NCBI GenBank assembly: GCA_965644295.1
Contig: CBFFRP010000211.1
Span: forward strand, 1 to 64,000
Length of the DNA stretch: 64,000 bases
Source: Paraphysomonas bandaiensis
Lineage: Eukaryota > Protista > Chrysophyceae
Direction of reading: 5' to 3'
The notes beneath the pieces were generated by a model. That model worked only from the letters and a program-made list of their open reading frames with translations, was not told the origin of the DNA and made no database searches. Below, piece by piece: positions 48,393 through 60,900 of this stretch (positions are counted from its first letter, which is position 1; each line of letters starts with the position of its first letter). Made by a program: the position numbers and the translations under genes.

Positions 48393-48880
48393 GACTAATC
48401 CAGTCCAGTATCCTTTTACTCTATTGCAAATGAATTAGATACAACGGAAAGACAGCAGGAAAGAAAATAATAATAATCCATATATATATACAATACTTAA
48501 CACCCCCTGCCTCATATCGAACTACTGCATACACTGCTCTGTATCCTGCTATACCATATAGCCACAGTACAGTATGCCAGTATACCTCTACCGGTATATG
48601 AATGATCTCCATATGCCACTGTTCGTAGAATTCCTGCATGAGGATTTCTACGTACACAGTTCCACTTTTCAGCATTCGGCATCCGTATACCGGTATACCT
48701 TATATATGTACAGGATGTCTCATTGTCTTTCCTGTTGGCCAGTCCACTCCGTCCTGTCATACATATTCCATTCATTCGATGCACATACATTTCAGTTCCA
48801 GTGATGCCGCTAGCAGTGATGGTGAATGCATGAGGAAGTTTATTTAGTTGATTCATTACTGTAGTCCTCATTTCTCAATC

Positions 48881-50551
48881 ATGAGGTCTGATGAAAAGTT
48901 TCCTACGTTTCAAATGTGCGTATTGGCGACCGCAGTGTTCGCCTCTGCGATCAGTTTGTCTGGACTCTTTCCTTACGTTGGATTCATGGTAATATATCTC
49001 AAAGAAGCTAAGAATGAAGATGAAGCAGGATTTTACTCTGGGTTCATTGCTGGTGCTATGATGAGCGGTCGTCTCGTCTCGTCCTTCTGGTGGGGTCAAG
49101 TGGCTGACAAGTGGGGACGCAAACCAGTTCTTTTAGTGGGTTGTTTCTCTATAGCAGCATTTAGTATTATGTTTGGATGTAGCGAAACTTTCTACATGGC
49201 TCTGTTGTCCAGGTTTTTACTCGGGTTGATGAATCCCATATGGGGTATAGCCAAAACACTCGTCAGTGAATTATGCCCTCCTAGATATGAAGCCAAGGGT
49301 ATGGGTCTAACCACTGGATGTTGGAGCCTTGGTTTAGTGGTTGGTCCTGCTTGTGGAGGAAGTCTGGCATCTCCTGCTGTTCTATACCCTCACGTTTTCG
49401 GATCAGTCGATTTATTCGTACGGTTCCCCTATTTGCTGCCGAACATTGTCACTGCGTTTTTCGCTTGCGCGGGGTTCGTTCTTCTTTTTTTATTTTTCCC
49501 TGAAACACTACCTCCAGCGAAGAAAACGCATCAAAATTCCCCGATTGTTGAAAGCGACGGGACTGATGAGTGTGTAAGTAATGCTGAGCGGTCAGCTCAC
49601 TCAACTCTCGAAAACGGTGGTAAGCCGAATGCAAGCGCAACTATGTTCGAGCTCCTGCAGGTCCCTGGCGTTGCAATTACGCTGGTCGCCTACTTTGTAT
49701 TGTCTTTTAACTCAATATGCTTCGATGAAGTTGTCCCGCTGTGGTCTATGGCAACTCATTCACATGGTGGCCTTGGCCTTCCCCAGTTCATGATTGGAAC
49801 GTTGATGACGATCGCTGGAGCAATTTTAACTGTATATACGTTCACACTGTACCCTGTACTTGCTCGTATGCTGGGTAAAACGGGGGGATTTCGAATGAGT
49901 CAAATGATTATGGGGCCACTTGTAGTAGGCATTACCTTGCTCAACAATCTGCCAGCCCATTCTTCGTTCCGCTTTCCTTTAGTGGTCGTCGTATACAGTA
50001 TTGCGAAGGCCATGACCAGTCTAGGATTTTCTTCTATTGCGCTGATACTGAACCACTGTGTGGAGAAACAACAACGGGGTTCTTTGAATGGTTTAGCAAT
50101 GACTTTTGGTAGTATAGCGAAGTCTTTTGGGCCCTTTCTCGGTGCTTTTGTATACGCTTGGTCTATAAATAGTGGATTTCAGTTCCCCCTTGATGGACAC
50201 TTGATATTTGTCGTAATCGGAGTGTGCTGTTTCATAGCAGTAAAGCTACCACTTCCTGTGGAGTCTACTGATATAAACCCTAGCAACCCAGATGAGCTCC
50301 CAAAGCATAAGGATTGTGACGGAGAAGATAGTAAATGTATAGAAATGGGGATCGTAGATAAATCTGTACAGGAAATCCCACTTACTGATGAGAAACACAC
50401 ATCATCTGAGTTGCTTCAAGAAGATAAAGATAATATCCTCCCATCATTGAAGAAGATGTCGGTAGCAGACACTGGATCCTTCTATATGAATTATACTCAT
50501 GCTAATAATACTAATGGTCGTGGAACTTATGCTGCACTGCCGCAGTCGTAA
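48881..50551 (+). CDS. MFS transporter, zinc-induced facilitator-like (ZIFL/TCR type)
   Basis: WGQVADKWGRKPVL, FPYLLPN, PETL, RGSLNG; about 12 TM segments; first ATG at 48881. Confidence 0.9.
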   Translation: MRSDEKFPTFQMCVLATAVFASAISLSGLFPYVGFMVIYLKEAKNEDEAGFYSGFIAGAMMSGRLVSSFWWGQVADKWGRKPVLLVGCFSIAAFSIMFGCSETFYMALLSRFLLGLMNPIWGIAKTLVSELCPPRYEAKGMGLTTGCWSLGLVVGPACGGSLASPAVLYPHVFGSVDLFVRFPYLLPNIVTAFFACAGFVLLFLFFPETLPPAKKTHQNSPIVESDGTDECVSNAERSAHSTLENGGKPNASATMFELLQVPGVAITLVAYFVLSFNSICFDEVVPLWSMATHSHGGLGLPQFMIGTLMTIAGAILTVYTFTLYPVLARMLGKTGGFRMSQMIMGPLVVGITLLNNLPAHSSFRFPLVVVVYSIAKAMTSLGFSSIALILNHCVEKQQRGSLNGLAMTFGSIAKSFGPFLGAFVYAWSINSGFQFPLDGHLIFVVIGVCCFIAVKLPLPVESTDINPSNPDELPKHKDCDGEDSKCIEMGIVDKSVQEIPLTDEKHTSSELLQEDKDNILPSLKKMSVADTGSFYMNYTHANNTNGRGTYAALPQS

Positions 50552-50899
50552 GTTTTAATATCGGGTTTAGTCTGAAATAGAACCTCACTATAATGTTGTC
50601 ATTGCAATCAAGTTTGATATATGTCTACAAAAAGAATAACAGTAACGCAATACTCATTACTATAACTCACATCTAACACAGTTCGATCAGCCTTTGGCAA
50701 TTAACTCAGCTAGGTAGTCATCTGAAGAGCATGAAATAATCTACCACTCGCTATTGAACCATCTGCCAACTGGCATTCGATTATATTGCATGAAATGGAA
50801 GTGCACGTATCATCCACATTGTGAAGCTATAATCATGCTTTGTCGCAAATTGTACAGTGTATTCATTGGATGAGCTCAGTGTACATAAATGCATTACAC

Positions 50900-51379
50900 T
50901 GGAAAAAGAATCAAAAAGTTAATATTACAAAGTACAGTTGAACGAGTTATGTGAACTGTGAGCTCCTGATCAGTGCAACTAAACTTTTTATCTCAGTGTT
51001 GCGCACAGTATTCATCCTGCTGCACTTAATATAATGGTGTTTCTGAAAGCTTATCACCACTTATACCCTGATGTATACTCCACGAACGTGATGATGCCGT
51101 TACCACTGATGGATTAGAGGATGAGTATGAAGTATGAAGAAATTGTGATTAGCTCAGCAGTAGGTAGTTATTTTTTGCTGCGTAGTGGGTTTGGTTATCA
51201 TGTGATCTTATTAACATGTACTAAAAACAGAATATACGTATATATTTAGCTGCTGGTTAATGGTTAATGGTAAATTGTACTAATATACTGCAAACTGCAA
51301 AATATATAATATATTGACAATAGTATTGTTGAAACGATTGGAAATGTATTACGATGTATTGTTGAACAATTGTTCCCTG
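50900..51379. mobile_element. Old degenerate relative of the hAT MITE family (left boundary uncertain)
   Basis: Collinear similarity to 46200-46591 (TCAGTGTTGC, CATCCT, CTGAAAGCT, TAGTGGGTTTG.TTATCA) ending TTCCCTG. Confidence 0.55.
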
Positions 51380-51862
51380 GCATATACGTACCATCACATA
51401 TGCTATGAAGAACACTTGAACAAATTAAAATAATAATATTATTTTACATCGCCAGGTATAACTATGCTGTGCTTGTAGAAAACTGCACAATCCTGATGTA
51501 GGTATTCGCATTCGAATCTGAACGGTACTACTTGAAGAGCATGAGACAGTATTACGATTCGTATAACATTGTCGCCAGTAATATCTTCTTGTACTAATAG
51601 TGGTGCATGAGTGAATAGCACCCATAAGATTCAATGGGTACAAGAACTGATATGACTGTGCGAGAAAAAATATAGAATACATATGGTTCAGAGCAAAAAA
51701 TATATATACAACGACCACTGCATATTAATTTATTCTTCCGATATGAATTAACATACTGAATACTGAAGCAAAAGAATTATAGAATCCATATTTTGTGTTC
51801 AAAAGAGTTTTGTAATACAATGTCTAGAAGTATCATTGCCGCTAATAGACGGTAATGACTAG

Positions 51863-52800
51863 TTACATCGCATCAGCTCTGTACCATGCAATAAACTCTT
51901 CGTATTGAATTTTCCCGTCGCCATTGGCGTCAAGAAGGAGAAGCGCGGACTCAAGAGAATTATAGTCCAGTGGTGACCCCAGTTCTTGGCACAGAGGGGC
52001 AAGCCTATATATGTATAAAATTATCATTCGAATTTCGTAGACGTGGTGTATTTTCATATATATTCACTAATAACAAGTAAAACGTTGCCCGCAAATGACA
52101 CAAGCACACATAAACGATTTATTGTTACATATAGGATGACGTAAACACTTACTCTGCAGTCGACAAACACCCATCCCTATCCTTGTCGTGTTGTTGAAAC
52201 AATGCGGCTACTCTTTGAGAATCGAATTGCTCATCTTTTATTTTGGCTAGCTGCTGCTGAGCGCTTCGATTCGAATAAAACAAAACAACACCAATAGAAA
52301 TTACAAATAGGCCAGAAATAAAGGAAAATATGCCCCCTTTTGCGCAAAGAATAGTTCCACAAAAAACATAAAATGCGCCACGGCCGTAAGGTAAATACAA
52401 GAAGTGGGCTTCTCGTCTAAGTAGTGCTAGGTATTCTTTAGATAAAGTTTGGTTTTTGTATTCTAATATCACGGCAATAGCCCCAAAGCATACTAAATAC
52501 ACATTTAGTAGGGCCTTGAGAGGGGAGAGGCTCGTGAGTTCGAGCAGAACACAGAGGGCCCCATTGAGAATCATGAGACTCCCTGCACATAACCCGAGAA
52601 CTTTCCAGCTATATCCACCTTCTTCGGCATACTTCTGTAGAGCTGCACTGCGTCAACACTCAGATTTTTGCAAAGAATATGGAACTGGCTTACAATTTCT
52701 CGGATGCGATCCGCTTTCCACTTTCAATGCCCTTCATAGCCATGCTCTTTGCCTCTTCAACATCAACATCATCCCCAAGTATTTTAGTATATTCACTCAT
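51863..52800 (-). CDS. COPI-associated (Tvp15-like) membrane domain fused to EF-hands (3 exons)
   Basis: FLYLPYGRGAFYVFCG; DKDRDGCLS and DANGDGKIQYEEF. Confidence 0.75.
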
Positions 52801-53225
52801 ATTAGCAATCAGGATAATATGCCGTTGCGGAGAGTTTAGTGAACTTGAAACAATGTTGCTGTTAATTCAATGCGAGTTCAACTAAACCGCATCGTAACCA
52901 TCCAAATATGATTGGACATATTTCTATACAACCAATCATCATCTAACTAGGATGATCAAAGCGAATCTACTGGTCCAATTTAAAATATCATGCTAAAATA
53001 CAGGAAGAAAGACGACATCAAATCTAGAAATACAGGAATTTCAGGACATCAGCTTTCGAATTTTTTGTAAAATGGAGGCTGTATACAGCGGAGTATACCC
53101 GGTATATACCAGCAGCATACACACAGAGTAGAGAGCCAATTGCAATGCCAGCACACTGCATCTATATATGGATTGCAACTGCACCGCTATAGACATTAGC
53201 ACTCTACCACCAAACATCTGTTGAT

Positions 53226-54194
53226 ATGTTTCTTTTGGTGGGTTCTCTTTGGTTTCTTTCTTCAGCACTTCTATCGACCTATGCCAATACTACTTTTCTT
53301 ATGTACTTCAAGGACCCTGTGCTGCACACACTCATACGATTCGCCGGGTCTGCTGCATTGGGAAGCTTAACCCTTATTGTTAGTGGAGATATTCATGTGA
53401 ACGAGGCTTTATCTGTATCTGTTAATGTTGCACAACCGGCTGTACTGCTCTGGCTTGCCAACTACGCCAACAGTATCGCTCTGCAGGAAGCAGGCATTAC
53501 TTTAACCTACGTCCTTAAGGCTGGAATACCTGTTTTCACTGTTCTGGTTTGTGCTGCTTCCGGCCAGAAGATCCCTGTTGTGATTTACTTGTCATTACTT
53601 CCAATATGTTTGGGGGTTGGGCTGGCTTGTATGGGGGACCTCAATTTCACCGTCATTGGTTTTACTGCAGCTCTCACCAGCGCACTGGCACAAACATTTA
53701 TGAATATTTCAATCAAATCAGTAAGGACAAAAATGGGATATAGTGGAATGAAATCTTTTTGGGGGATGTCAATCGTTTGTACAATTGTGACCTTCGTAGT
53801 TATGCTCACCGGCGGGATTGCAGCAACAGGCCAAGGTGAGAGTAGTACGTTCAATACATTTGAGAAAGTAACCGCAGCCTACACCGCACTTTTGAATGGT
53901 GATAACTGGCCTGTTGTACTTATATTTATAGCAGCTCTGGCATATTACATAGAGTACGCGTTGAATTTTGTCTTTGTGGGTTTTGTGAGCAGTGTGGCAT
54001 TCAGTGTCAGCGATATTGCGCGCCGCGTGGCGATCATTTCTATCGGCTCAGTTGTATTTAACAAACAACTCACAGTCATGAATTGGGTTGGAATTGCGGT
54101 CGCTTTAGGTGGTGTTTTGTGGTACACACATTTAGAGAACGAGAGAGCGGTTGCCGATGCAGTAAAAAAGAATGATGGCGCCAAGTCGATGTGA
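53226..54194 (+). CDS. Triose-phosphate/nucleotide-sugar transporter family (DMT)
   Basis: TYVLKAGIPVF, SLLPICLGV, AFSVSDIARR; multiple TM segments. Confidence 0.85.
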   Translation: MFLLVGSLWFLSSALLSTYANTTFLMYFKDPVLHTLIRFAGSAALGSLTLIVSGDIHVNEALSVSVNVAQPAVLLWLANYANSIALQEAGITLTYVLKAGIPVFTVLVCAASGQKIPVVIYLSLLPICLGVGLACMGDLNFTVIGFTAALTSALAQTFMNISIKSVRTKMGYSGMKSFWGMSIVCTIVTFVVMLTGGIAATGQGESSTFNTFEKVTAAYTALLNGDNWPVVLIFIAALAYYIEYALNFVFVGFVSSVAFSVSDIARRVAIISIGSVVFNKQLTVMNWVGIAVALGGVLWYTHLENERAVADAVKKNDGAKSM

Positions 54195-54861
54195 ATATGT
54201 CGTTCGTATAGAAGCACGAGTGTTCTATATAGCAACCGTTGTTGTGTTTGTAATACGCAAGAGAATAATTTTAAGTATGGTTTAGTGAAACTTTTTGTGT
54301 TTTTGTTGGACTTCTAAATTCACTATGCATTCCACAATGACAATGTCAAGCAGAAGCCTAAGTAAACTTCTTGTCCTTTAGCTTACTGCTCATTTTATAG
54401 ACGCAACAGATTGTTAATGCTGCAATAAATTTTCGCTAGTGCTACGTATTGAAATGTCTACATGAAGTCGAGTACACTATTGACTATTGCACACCTTGAT
54501 GGCAGAAAACGAGAAGGTTCCCTCTGGTAACATTGTAGTGTGACAGATCTTGTAGAGCAGATAAAATAGTTCAGTTCGCTATTATTTCATTTTATATATG
54601 TATTCACGTATTCGAATTAGCGATCCTTTATATCGAGTTTCAATTGTATATCACCTACTCTGCAAGCCCAACTCCCTATAGCAAATTCATTGAGGCTGGA
54701 ATTACTACTATATATTTTCATGTACAATATTGATGCATTTCATCAGTGAACAATATAATATCAATAGTTTGATATATATATACCTAATTAGTACTATTAC
54801 CATGTATTATGCAAAAGCGCCTCACCTAAATATCGTACTGAATCCAGGTTAAACAATGTGC

Positions 54862-57463
54862 TCACGACATGAAGAGTGATTTTATAACCATTCCCACAAC
54901 CACGAAACTCACAACTTTAACATTCCCAGATATATTTCGCAACTTCTCACATTCACAGATGATAAATTGTAAGCCACTCCACAGAAGACTGCTGTGCTTA
55001 ACACTTTTACATTTAGCATAAGCTTCTTCCTTAGTCACTCTTGCTCGCATAGAGTGCCCATATCCGCTGAGAAATTTCTTCACTGACTCATTGCTCTTGT
55101 CGATTGCAACTGTGTACTCCTTTCCAGGACCTCGTCGCTGCCACCACTTGGAGCGCGTTTCAGTTCCAACCAACTCCACACCAGGTATACCACGACTCCA
55201 AGACGTATTTAAACGAGTAAAGTCGTATTCATAGAGTGTTGCCCGCACAGCACCCGGCGGGACAGATTTGAAAGGATACTCAGTCTGATCGAGAAGAGAG
55301 ATGACTTCATAACTGTCATCCTGAAGAAGTTTGTGAAGGAAATTAATAAACCACGAATGATGCGTGTACGACCCCAAAGCTGCAAACCACCTAAAAAAGA
55401 AATAAGATAAAACAATCAAGCCACTGAACTGAAATAAAAAAGTAACGCAGTAGAACACATCTAAGGAAAAAATATCAATATACTACACAATAACATACAT
55501 ACTTAAACTCAAACTATAATGTTTCAGTAATTAAAAATATTACACTCTACAAAACAATAATTAAATATGCACAGCATATCACGCATCATATCGACATACA
55601 TATGCCAGTCCAATCTGGGCTGATGGGGAACTACGAAAGTGGGCATTTTTGTCACATTTCCGGGTTTGTGTAAAAATGGGATCTCTAGCCACTCTCCAGT
55701 AGCACTATCCATCCCTTCTACAATTATTTCTGGCCGAGCTACGTGCGCTGGAGGAATGCCCCCGATTCCAGGAGAACTAAACGGCTTCCCGACACCGGTC
55801 ATCTGACGAAACAACCCATATCCGGAAGAAATATGCAGCATTTGAAATTCGCGTAGGGAAGTAGCATGCTTAACTGAAGGGTGAATGTACGGTGCAACGC
55901 TTCCCCCTATATGCATCAGTGGTATAGCGCTGACCTGAATGTACACTATTCCAACTAGCAACGAAACTATCAAAGATACCAATCGGATCATGCCAACACG
56001 CCACGGAGCAGTTCTGACAGTATGAATCATTTCACGAAATCCTTGCAGCCCCATAAAAAAGACAGATATACCTAAAAATAACTAAGCACACATATAAAAT
56101 TATTGTGCTTCCTGAAACTCACCCATTGCACTAACACAACACGGGGTAATGTATTCAGCCAAATGGAAGTCATGTCTCATGCGAACTTGTACATTATCCA
56201 TTAGATAACTTAAGTTTTCGACCCTCATGGAGGTCGGCCAGGTCACTTCAAACATCTTCACCATACTCCATATAACAAAAAAAATCACAAATATCGTCTG
56301 AAGAGCATTCCCTGCGAAACAAAATAACAGCCTGTAAATACTGCACGGTATTCCTTTCACATTCAAAAAGTAATACATTCATACAATACAGAAAGAATAT
56401 CAATCTTAAAACTCACCCATATAAACTGAGGCTACATGCTTCCTAGGCTGTGGTAGAGACATTCCTACTAACGAAATTGAATCACTCGCCCATACAGGAA
56501 CCAGCAAAGCCAGGGCAAGTAAATTGAAAAAATTATAGTTGCCAGTGGCTATAATTAAAACTTGGAGGATAGCTTGTAAAATAGCACCAATTCGACGAGT
56601 TAGACGAAATGGAGCCAGCATAAGAAAAGTGTACGGGATTTCAATCAAGAGAGTAGCAGCGACCCCCATGCGCAAAAGAAGAGGATGTAACTGATGAACA
56701 TACCAGGACAGTCCATTTGGAAGGCATTGGGTCGCAAAATGATACTGTTGATAAAATATCAGTTACACATACACACTAATTAGTTTAAGATTTAAAACAA
56801 ATAAACGCAGAAATACACGATAATAGAATATAGTTTCAAAAACAATATAACATTAGAAATGGCACAGAATAAAGAGAATATATTACACTGCCCCACCTCC
56901 AGTGCAGTCAAACCTTCCCAGGTAGGACACCGGGATTGCAACTTCACGACTCCAGCCATGAACATCAGTTTCCACATAAGAAAGCGAAAACACCAATTCA
57001 GAAGTTTATATTGTTCGCTTCGTTGAAACAGTGAGGCGATAATACAGAGAAAGCCAACTTCAAGTAGTAATATATCCCACTGGAAACCGAGAAATACTTG
57101 ACCAACAAGATACAAGGACAAATACGAAAGCCAAAGTATGACCCACAGCAGATTGTAATGATAACCGACACTTACAAGCACACTGCAAACTATGCCAAGA
57201 AGTAAAAGAAACTCACAACATGCATCGACAGACACTCCCATATCGTCCGCGTAATGCACCACAGATGGAAACTGTAAAAAATTCCAAAGAAAGGAGACAA
57301 TAGAGTCATATCCGTGATGCTTAGGAACCCGGGAGATAAAGTCCTCCACGGGAAGGATGCCGTTGATGCCCAAGAGGCCTGGAAACTGGACATAGAGAGA
57401 CACAAAGGCAGCGAGATATATGACACCGATGAGCTTATACAACATCTTGTTATCGTTTGACAT
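54862..57463 (-). CDS. LMF: Lipase maturation factor family protein (multi-exon)
   Basis: GLLGINGILP, FQWDILLLEVGF, AGVVKL, TQCLPN, TGNYNFFN, YGLFRQMT, RPEI, PHQPRLDW. Confidence 0.92.
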
Positions 57464-57920
57464 GGCGATATCTTCTTAATGAAGCTTCATATATAGCATA
57501 TTTAAACTGTGCTGAGGACTGCAGGTGCACTCTGTATATGCATGTTCCACTCTGAGGAGTGTGAGCTATAACGTCAATAGTTCGCAGCATATGGACACAA
57601 CCCACAGAGGGCCTAAAAAAAGGTGGGCTTTTAAGGCCTGTGAAGACTGAAAAAGGGGAGTTTCTATATTCCTACTGCAACAGTGTACTGCTTTCCTACA
57701 GGCAGAGCGAGTTTATCATGTAGAGCCGGTCACAGAACACTAAAGAAGAGTGTGTCGTATATAATAACAGAATCAAACACTAATGAGCAGTGAACCAGTA
57801 GACTCAGAGTGTACTGAGAGAGTGAGTGAATACTTTATGTGAGCTGAAGCCATGTCTCTCTATCAGAGTATTTGAACTATGATCATGCCTGTGGACCGAA
57901 CTATATAATCCTCTGTAGTT

Positions 57921-60900
57921 ATGGGGTCACACGTACATCTCGTGCGTTATTTGATGATTTATTTTGTTTTGGTGGTCTCATTCTCACTTCATTCTAATGC
58001 AAATTCTCGTGATGTGTCTTCTTATTCCTCTCTAGCAAACAGTGTCTTGTGTGATCTCATTCAATCAACTTCTATGCGTGAAAATGTGGGTACGAGTTGG
58101 TCTTGTGACACTGTCGCATATTCAAAATGCAGCTGGGAAGGATTGCTTTGTTCCAATGGGACAATAATAGCGGTTTCCTTGTCTTCAAGAGGGTTACATG
58201 GCACAATTCCGTCATCATTGGGACTACTCACGAGCGTTCGAAGTATCGATTTGTCAAGCAATTTTCTTTCTGGACCTCTGCCGTCTACTATCGGCAAACT
58301 TGTTCTTCTGGAGTCACTCTACCTGCAGAGTAACCTATTGTCAGGCTCCATTCCGTCGTCACTCTCCCTCATGCATCATCTTGTACATTTCGATGTATCA
58401 CACAACTTCCTGACTGGGATGTTACCGTCATCATTAGAGAAGCTTTCCTATAAAAATTCATTCGACGCCAGCTACAACTTAGTGACTGTAATAAATCCTT
58501 CATGTACACCAACACTAGTACCGGTATCTCTATTGACATCATCTCCTACATATCAACCTACATTATCACCAACGCTTTCACCATCTGGCGAAACGTCCAC
58601 AGGTTCACCGTCGTTACCAGCGAGTGCGACTCCAACTGCTTCACCAACTCGGAATCCTTCATGTACACCAACACTAGTACCGGTATCTCTATTGACATCA
58701 TCTCCTACATATCAACCTACATTATCACCAACGCTTCCACCATCTGGCGAAACGTCCACAGGTTCACCGTCGTTACCAGCGAGTGCGACTCCAACTGCTT
58801 CACCAACTCGGAATCCTTCATGTACACCAACACTAGTACCGGTATCTCTATTGACATCATCTCCTACATATCAACCTACATTATCACCAACGCTTTCACC
58901 ATCTGGCGAAACGTCCACAGGTTCACCGTCGTTACCAGCGAGTGCGACTCCAACTGCTTCACCAACTCGGAATCCTTCATGTACACCAACACTAGTACCG
59001 GTATCTCTATTGACATCATCTCCTACATATCAACCTACATTATCACCAACGCTTCCACCATCTGGCGAAACGTCCACAGGTTCACCGTCGTTACCAGCGA
59101 GTGCGACTCCAACTGCTTCACCAACTCGGAGTCCTTCATGTACACCAACACTAGTACCGGTATCTCTATTGACATCATCTCCTACATATCAACCTACATT
59201 ATCACCAACGCTTTCACCATCTGGCGAAACGTCCACAGGTTCACCGTCGTTACCAGCGAGTGCGACTCCAACTGCTTCACCAACTCGGAATCCTTCATGT
59301 ACACCAACACTAGTACCGGTATCTCTATTGACATCATCTCCTACATATCAACCTACATTATCACCAACGCTTCCACCATCTGGCGAAACGTCCACAGGTT
59401 CACCGTCGTTACCAGCGAGTGCGACTCCAACTGCTTCACCAACTCGGAATCCTTCATGTACACCAACACTAGTACCGGTATCTCTATTGACATCATCTCC
59501 TACATATCAACCTACATTATCACCAACGCTTTCACCATCTGGCGAAACGTCCACAGGTTCACCGTCGTTACCAGCGAGTGCGACTCCAACTGCTTCACCA
59601 ACTCGGAATCCTTCATGTACACCAACACTAGTACCGGTATCTCTATTGACATCATCTCCTACATATCAACCTACATTATCACCAACGCTTCCACCATCTG
59701 GCGAAACGTCCACAGGTTCACCGTCGTTACCAGCGAGTGCGACTCCAACTGCTTCACCAACTCGGAGTCCTTCATGTACACCAACACTAGTACCGGTATC
59801 TCTATTGACATCATCTCCTACATATCAACCTACATTATCACCAACGCTTTCACCATCTGGCGAAACGTCCACAGGTTCACCGTCGTTACCAGCGAGTGCG
59901 ACTCCAACTGCTTCACCAACTCGGAATCCTTCATGTACACCAACACTAGTACCGGTATCTCTATTGACATCATCTCCTACATATCAACCTACATTATCAC
60001 CAACGCTTCCACCATCTGGCGAAACGTCCACAGGTTCACCGTCGTTACCAGCGAGTGCGACTCCAACTGCTTCACCAACTCGGAATCCTTCATGTACACC
60101 AACACTAGTACCGGTATCTCTATTGACATCATCTCCTACATATCAACCTACATTATCACCAACGCTTCCACCATCTGGCGAAACGTCCACAGGTTCACCG
60201 TCGTTACCAGCGAGTGCGACGCCTACGTCAGACTCACCAAGTGGCAACACGACTAGTCATCCATTTCCAGATCCAACTCCCAGTCCGACACTGTCTCCAC
60301 TTTCGTTGCCTGTTTTGACCGCTTCTCCGACTTCAAGTGGCAACACGACTAGTCATCCATTTCCAGATCCAACTCCCAGTCCGACACTGTCTCCACTTTC
60401 GTTGCCTGTTTTGACCGCTTCTCCGACTTCAAGTGGCAACACAACTAGTCATCCATTTCCAGATCCGACTCCCAGTCCGACACTGTCTCCACTTTCGTTG
60501 CCTGTTTTGACCGCTTCTCCGACTTCAAGTGGCAACACGACTAGTCATCCATTTCCAGATCCAACTCCCAGTCCGACACTGTCTCCACTTTCGTTGCCTG
60601 TTTTGACCGCTTCTCCGACTTCAAGTGGCAACACAACTAGTCATCCATTTCCAGATCCGACTCCCAGTCCGACACTGTCTCCACTTTCGTTGCCTGTTTT
60701 GACCGCTTCTCCGACTTCAAGTGGCAACACAACTAGTCATCCATTTCCAGATCCGACTCCCAGTCCGACACTGTCTCCACTTTCGTTGCCTGTTTTGACC
60801 GCTTCTCCGACTTCAAGTGGCAACACAACTAGTCATCCATTTCCAGATCCGACTCCCAGTCCGACACTGTCTCCACTTTCGTTGCCTGTTTTGACCGCTT

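Noticed and set aside
58502-60256. 584-aa ORF MYTNTSTG... in the ORF track
   Set aside because: Shadow frame of the 159-bp repeat; the frame continuous with the signal peptide and LRRs starts at 57921.
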